Positions 62,616-64,000 of a stretch of DNA of 64,000 nucleotides are shown here, piece by piece. Made by a program: the position numbers and the translations under genes. The stretch lies in NCBI GenBank assembly GCA_015680685.1, contig MNCI01000900.1, positions 414,087 to 478,086 on the forward strand, read 5' to 3'. Every line of letters begins with the position of its first letter. Position 1 is the stretch's first letter. Below the pieces are notes generated by a model. That model made no database searches. It saw only the letters and a list, made by a program, of their open reading frames with translations, and had not been told where the DNA came from. Source of the stretch: Gnetum montanum (taxonomy: Eukaryota; Plantae; Gnetophyta).

Positions 62616-64000
62616 TGTAGCGACTGAAAATGTCAGCGCCTGGAATGAATGCCAAGGGGTCATCGGTCGACGATAGTCTTGACCCCATATATGTGGGAGG
62701 GCCGTGTTGGATGGAATGGATACAGGGCACCTTGAATGGTCTGATCTATTAGACAGGGACTTAGTCGGCATCTATATAGCCTTTTGCAACATGTTGTTTG
62801 AAAGTAGAAATGATAATGTGAAGTAATGTTTAAATGCAAAATAGATAGAAAAAAATGTAAAACACAGTAATAAGCAAGAAAAAAATGAAATGCAGTTAGA
62901 AAAATGCACCGCATTAAAGCTACAAGTTTACTCTGTCAAGATGGATACAGTCGGTTGCACATTGTTGAGGAGTGCAGAGATCCTGAGGGTAACCAAGACA
63001 TGTAGAGCAAGACGTCTATGTGCTTGGACATGGAGGTAGAAAGGGTGCAAAACAAAATGCCAACTGAGGATGCTAACTGCTTGTAGTATCAAACAGAAAG
63101 CTTACAATGCTTAAAGTTACAATGTTAACTTACTTTTTTGCTCAAGAACATGCAGGACCAACGCTTTGAGCATTGCTCATCAGGGTATTTATAGGACCAA
63201 GGGCACGCAAAATATGCAATTTGAATGCCACATGCCTTGGGCCTATGCTGACTTATCGACATTGCACGTGCCATGCATGACCGTTGGGCCTGCATGATTG
63301 TTGTGATGCGAGCCTGCTATGCCGTAACTGTGAGTTTGCCACACCATAATTGCACCGTTAGCATCTGGAGACATGCCAAAAATTCAATTAGGTGAAGTGC
63401 ATTGATGTCACACAACCACCTACCATGCTTTGTTGTGCTTCATAGCATAGCATGTTTGACGTAGCGTAGCATCGTGTCACGCATTCTACTACCTGTGGGT
63501 TGTATGCTTGCTACGCTATGCTATGCTATGTAGCGTAGCAACTGGCCTTAGTCGCAAAAACTTTGTCAATCCTCAAACTTTTCCTTTTGCACTACAAAAC
63601 TTGCAAACTTGCTATCCCCACCTTTCGAGATGCCTTTTGTGAACTTTCATAGAATTTCTAGGCCTCGTTGTGCCATGTATCTTAGTGTAGCATAGCAACA
63701 AACATGACCTGATGTCGGCCAAGTTCACCGCTTTCTAATGGTAGGAGACATTACTGAAGGACTTGGACTTGAGCGAGGAGACTGATCATCTAGCTTTTGC
63801 TACACTATGCTACATTGGGTAGCATAGCATAGCGTAGCACTCTATTCTGAAATCATTTTCTAAAGTTTGCTATGCTACATAGCGAGGCGTAGCATAGCGT
63901 AGCAGACTTCGTGACTTAGAAAGACCATGGAACTATTTCACGTATTCCGAGTGTTGCTAATGACTCCACGCATTGCTCCTGGGTAGGCCGTTGGCTAGGT
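62616..64000 (-). mobile_element. Element G: LTR of another Tat-family element (runs off the window)
   Basis: Starts tgtagcgactgaaaatg like the E LTR; minus-strand TATA near 63185; GCTAC/GTAGC repeats like F; abruptly interrupts B's non-coding region. Confidence 0.78.

Overview
Plant nuclear heterochromatin (probably a large, heavily methylated genome such as a gymnosperm; the taxon is an inference) made almost entirely of old, nested, CG/CHG-decayed LTR retrotransposons. There is no intact host gene. Layers resolved from target-site duplications (TSDs), LTR pairs, primer-binding sites (PBS) and polypurine tracts (PPT): an old Athila-like gag remnant D (9330-14770) hosts a gag-only Athila-like element A (<1-9329), a small non-autonomous CRM-like element C (10030-13426, TSD CCTAT) and a full-pol Athila-like element B (14771->64000). 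B is split by Tat element E (22608-61619, minus, TSD ATGTT), E is split by Tat element F (39236-58382, plus, TSD ATTGG), and a further Tat LTR G starts at 62616. Two things stand out. (1) E and F are diverged families that share an unusual layout: gag-protease and RT-RH-aRH-INT are separated by 6-7 kb holding an antisense, multi-exon gene with conserved intron positions, a plant-mobile-domain (PMD)-like core and its own promoter (clear TATA in F). Arrays of a shared TAAACTRGC motif flank it, so this is a candidate retrotransposon-encoded anti-silencing or regulatory module. (2) A 3.7-kb TG...CA solo-LTR-like insertion (995-4685) inside A's gag carries a mosaic of host-gene fragments (ABCB transporter, antisense PPR, HSP70, a second antisense PPR-like piece, alpha-tubulin-like) upstream of its promoter. 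All homology calls come from reading motifs by eye, with no database searches.
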